Below, one piece after another: positions 18,288 to 19,108 of a stretch of DNA of 19,108 nt (its first letter is position 1; every line of letters begins with the position of its first letter). The position numbers were made by a program, and so were the translations under genes. Below the pieces are notes generated by a model. That model saw only the letters and a program-made list of their open reading frames with translations. It did no database searches and was not told where the DNA came from. Origin of the DNA: Fonticula alba ATCC 38817 (Eukaryota > Protista > Nucleariida); the NCBI GenBank assembly GCA_000388065.2, contig KB932202.1; one strand, 5' to 3'.

Positions 18288-19108
18288 CGTGCTCCCGGAC
18301 AAGCCGGCACAGGGTGCCTGCGTGCCGCGCACTTAGGGCGGCCGGCTAGCGGAGCCGCCAGAGGAGCCGGTGGCGGCGGCGCCCCGCCGACCCTCGTGCG
18401 AGAGGGGGGGGGGCGGCCCTCCAGTGCATGTGCATACGTAAGTGCATTCGGGGCGCACTCGTCCACAGCTCGTCCTCCCCAGGCCAGGGCGTGTCGGCCG
18501 ACTGGAGTCCCCGGCGGAGGCCACAGCAGGGCCGATGGACTGCCGGCAAGAGGGGACGCCCCGGCTCGCTACCGCTGTGCCCCTCCAGCGGAGGCGGGAA
18601 TCGAGAGGTGCACAGGCCTTGCGACGGGGCCGCGCCCAGGTGTGTCCTCCGTCATCCCGCTTTGCCGCCTCGGTGCCCTCCTGTCCTTGCCCCGGGCGCC
18701 TGCCCCGGGGCCGCTTGGAGCTGGGCGCGCCCGGGGGCGGGCTATGCGAGGCTGAAGGGCTGATAGGGTCACGCTGGGCGGGCGGCAAATTAATGAGGCA
18801 CACGCTTGCCCGCCGGGGCCGGCCAAGAGCGAGCAGTGTGCAAACGGGAGCGGGGAGGGGGCCGGGGAATGATTCGGCACCCGCTCCTCGGGGCCGGCGG
18901 GCGGGGGAGGGGGGCGGGGGTCGGGAAGGAAGCAGCCGGCGCTGGCGCCCAATCCGGGGGCTGGGGCGACCGCCCAAACCCTCGGCACGGCCCCTCATTC
19001 CGCGGGGCAGCGCGTAGGGACCGACGACCCCGACTGACAGTTTTCCCCTGGTACAAGTGCACACGCCGCGTGCCCGGCCCCCGCCACCCCCCGGCCGAGG
19101 GGGGCGGA

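Noticed and set aside
1-19108. tRNA, rRNA, snRNA, CRISPR arrays, transposases, telomeric arrays
   Set aside because: No T-loop/cloverleaf, rRNA signature, regularly spaced repeat-spacer array, RT/DDE motif or tandem TTAGGG seen by eye; a covariance-model search was not possible.

Overview
GC-rich, intron-containing eukaryotic genomic DNA with many (CA/TG)n, (CT/GA)n and poly-C/G tracts and three N gaps. I reconstructed four spliced protein-coding genes by hand. (1) RPS15/uS19 (+, 145 aa). (2) An NSUN/NOL1-NOP2-Sun family m5C RNA methyltransferase (-, about 658 aa after removing one in-frame intron). (3) A small TM2-domain membrane protein (+, 155 aa) with a 13-nt microexon and a Pro/Tyr-rich tail. 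(4) A RhoA/Rho1-type GTPase (-, 194 aa). The fungal-like Rho1 and the base composition suggest an opisthokont, possibly a nucleariid such as Fonticula; this is inference only. I recognised no tRNA, rRNA, CRISPR array or transposase. Most other ORFs in the track look like by-products of high GC and low complexity. The most interesting signals concern splicing. RPS15 intron 1 has two ATG|GT start sites linked by an 11-bp inverted repeat, a candidate poison cassette exon and nested stems. The TM2 microexon could switch the reading frame of the last exon. The methyltransferase has a stop-free 3n intron. All ten preferred donors read GT[A/G/T]CG. All coordinates and pairings were worked out by eye and need RNA-seq confirmation.
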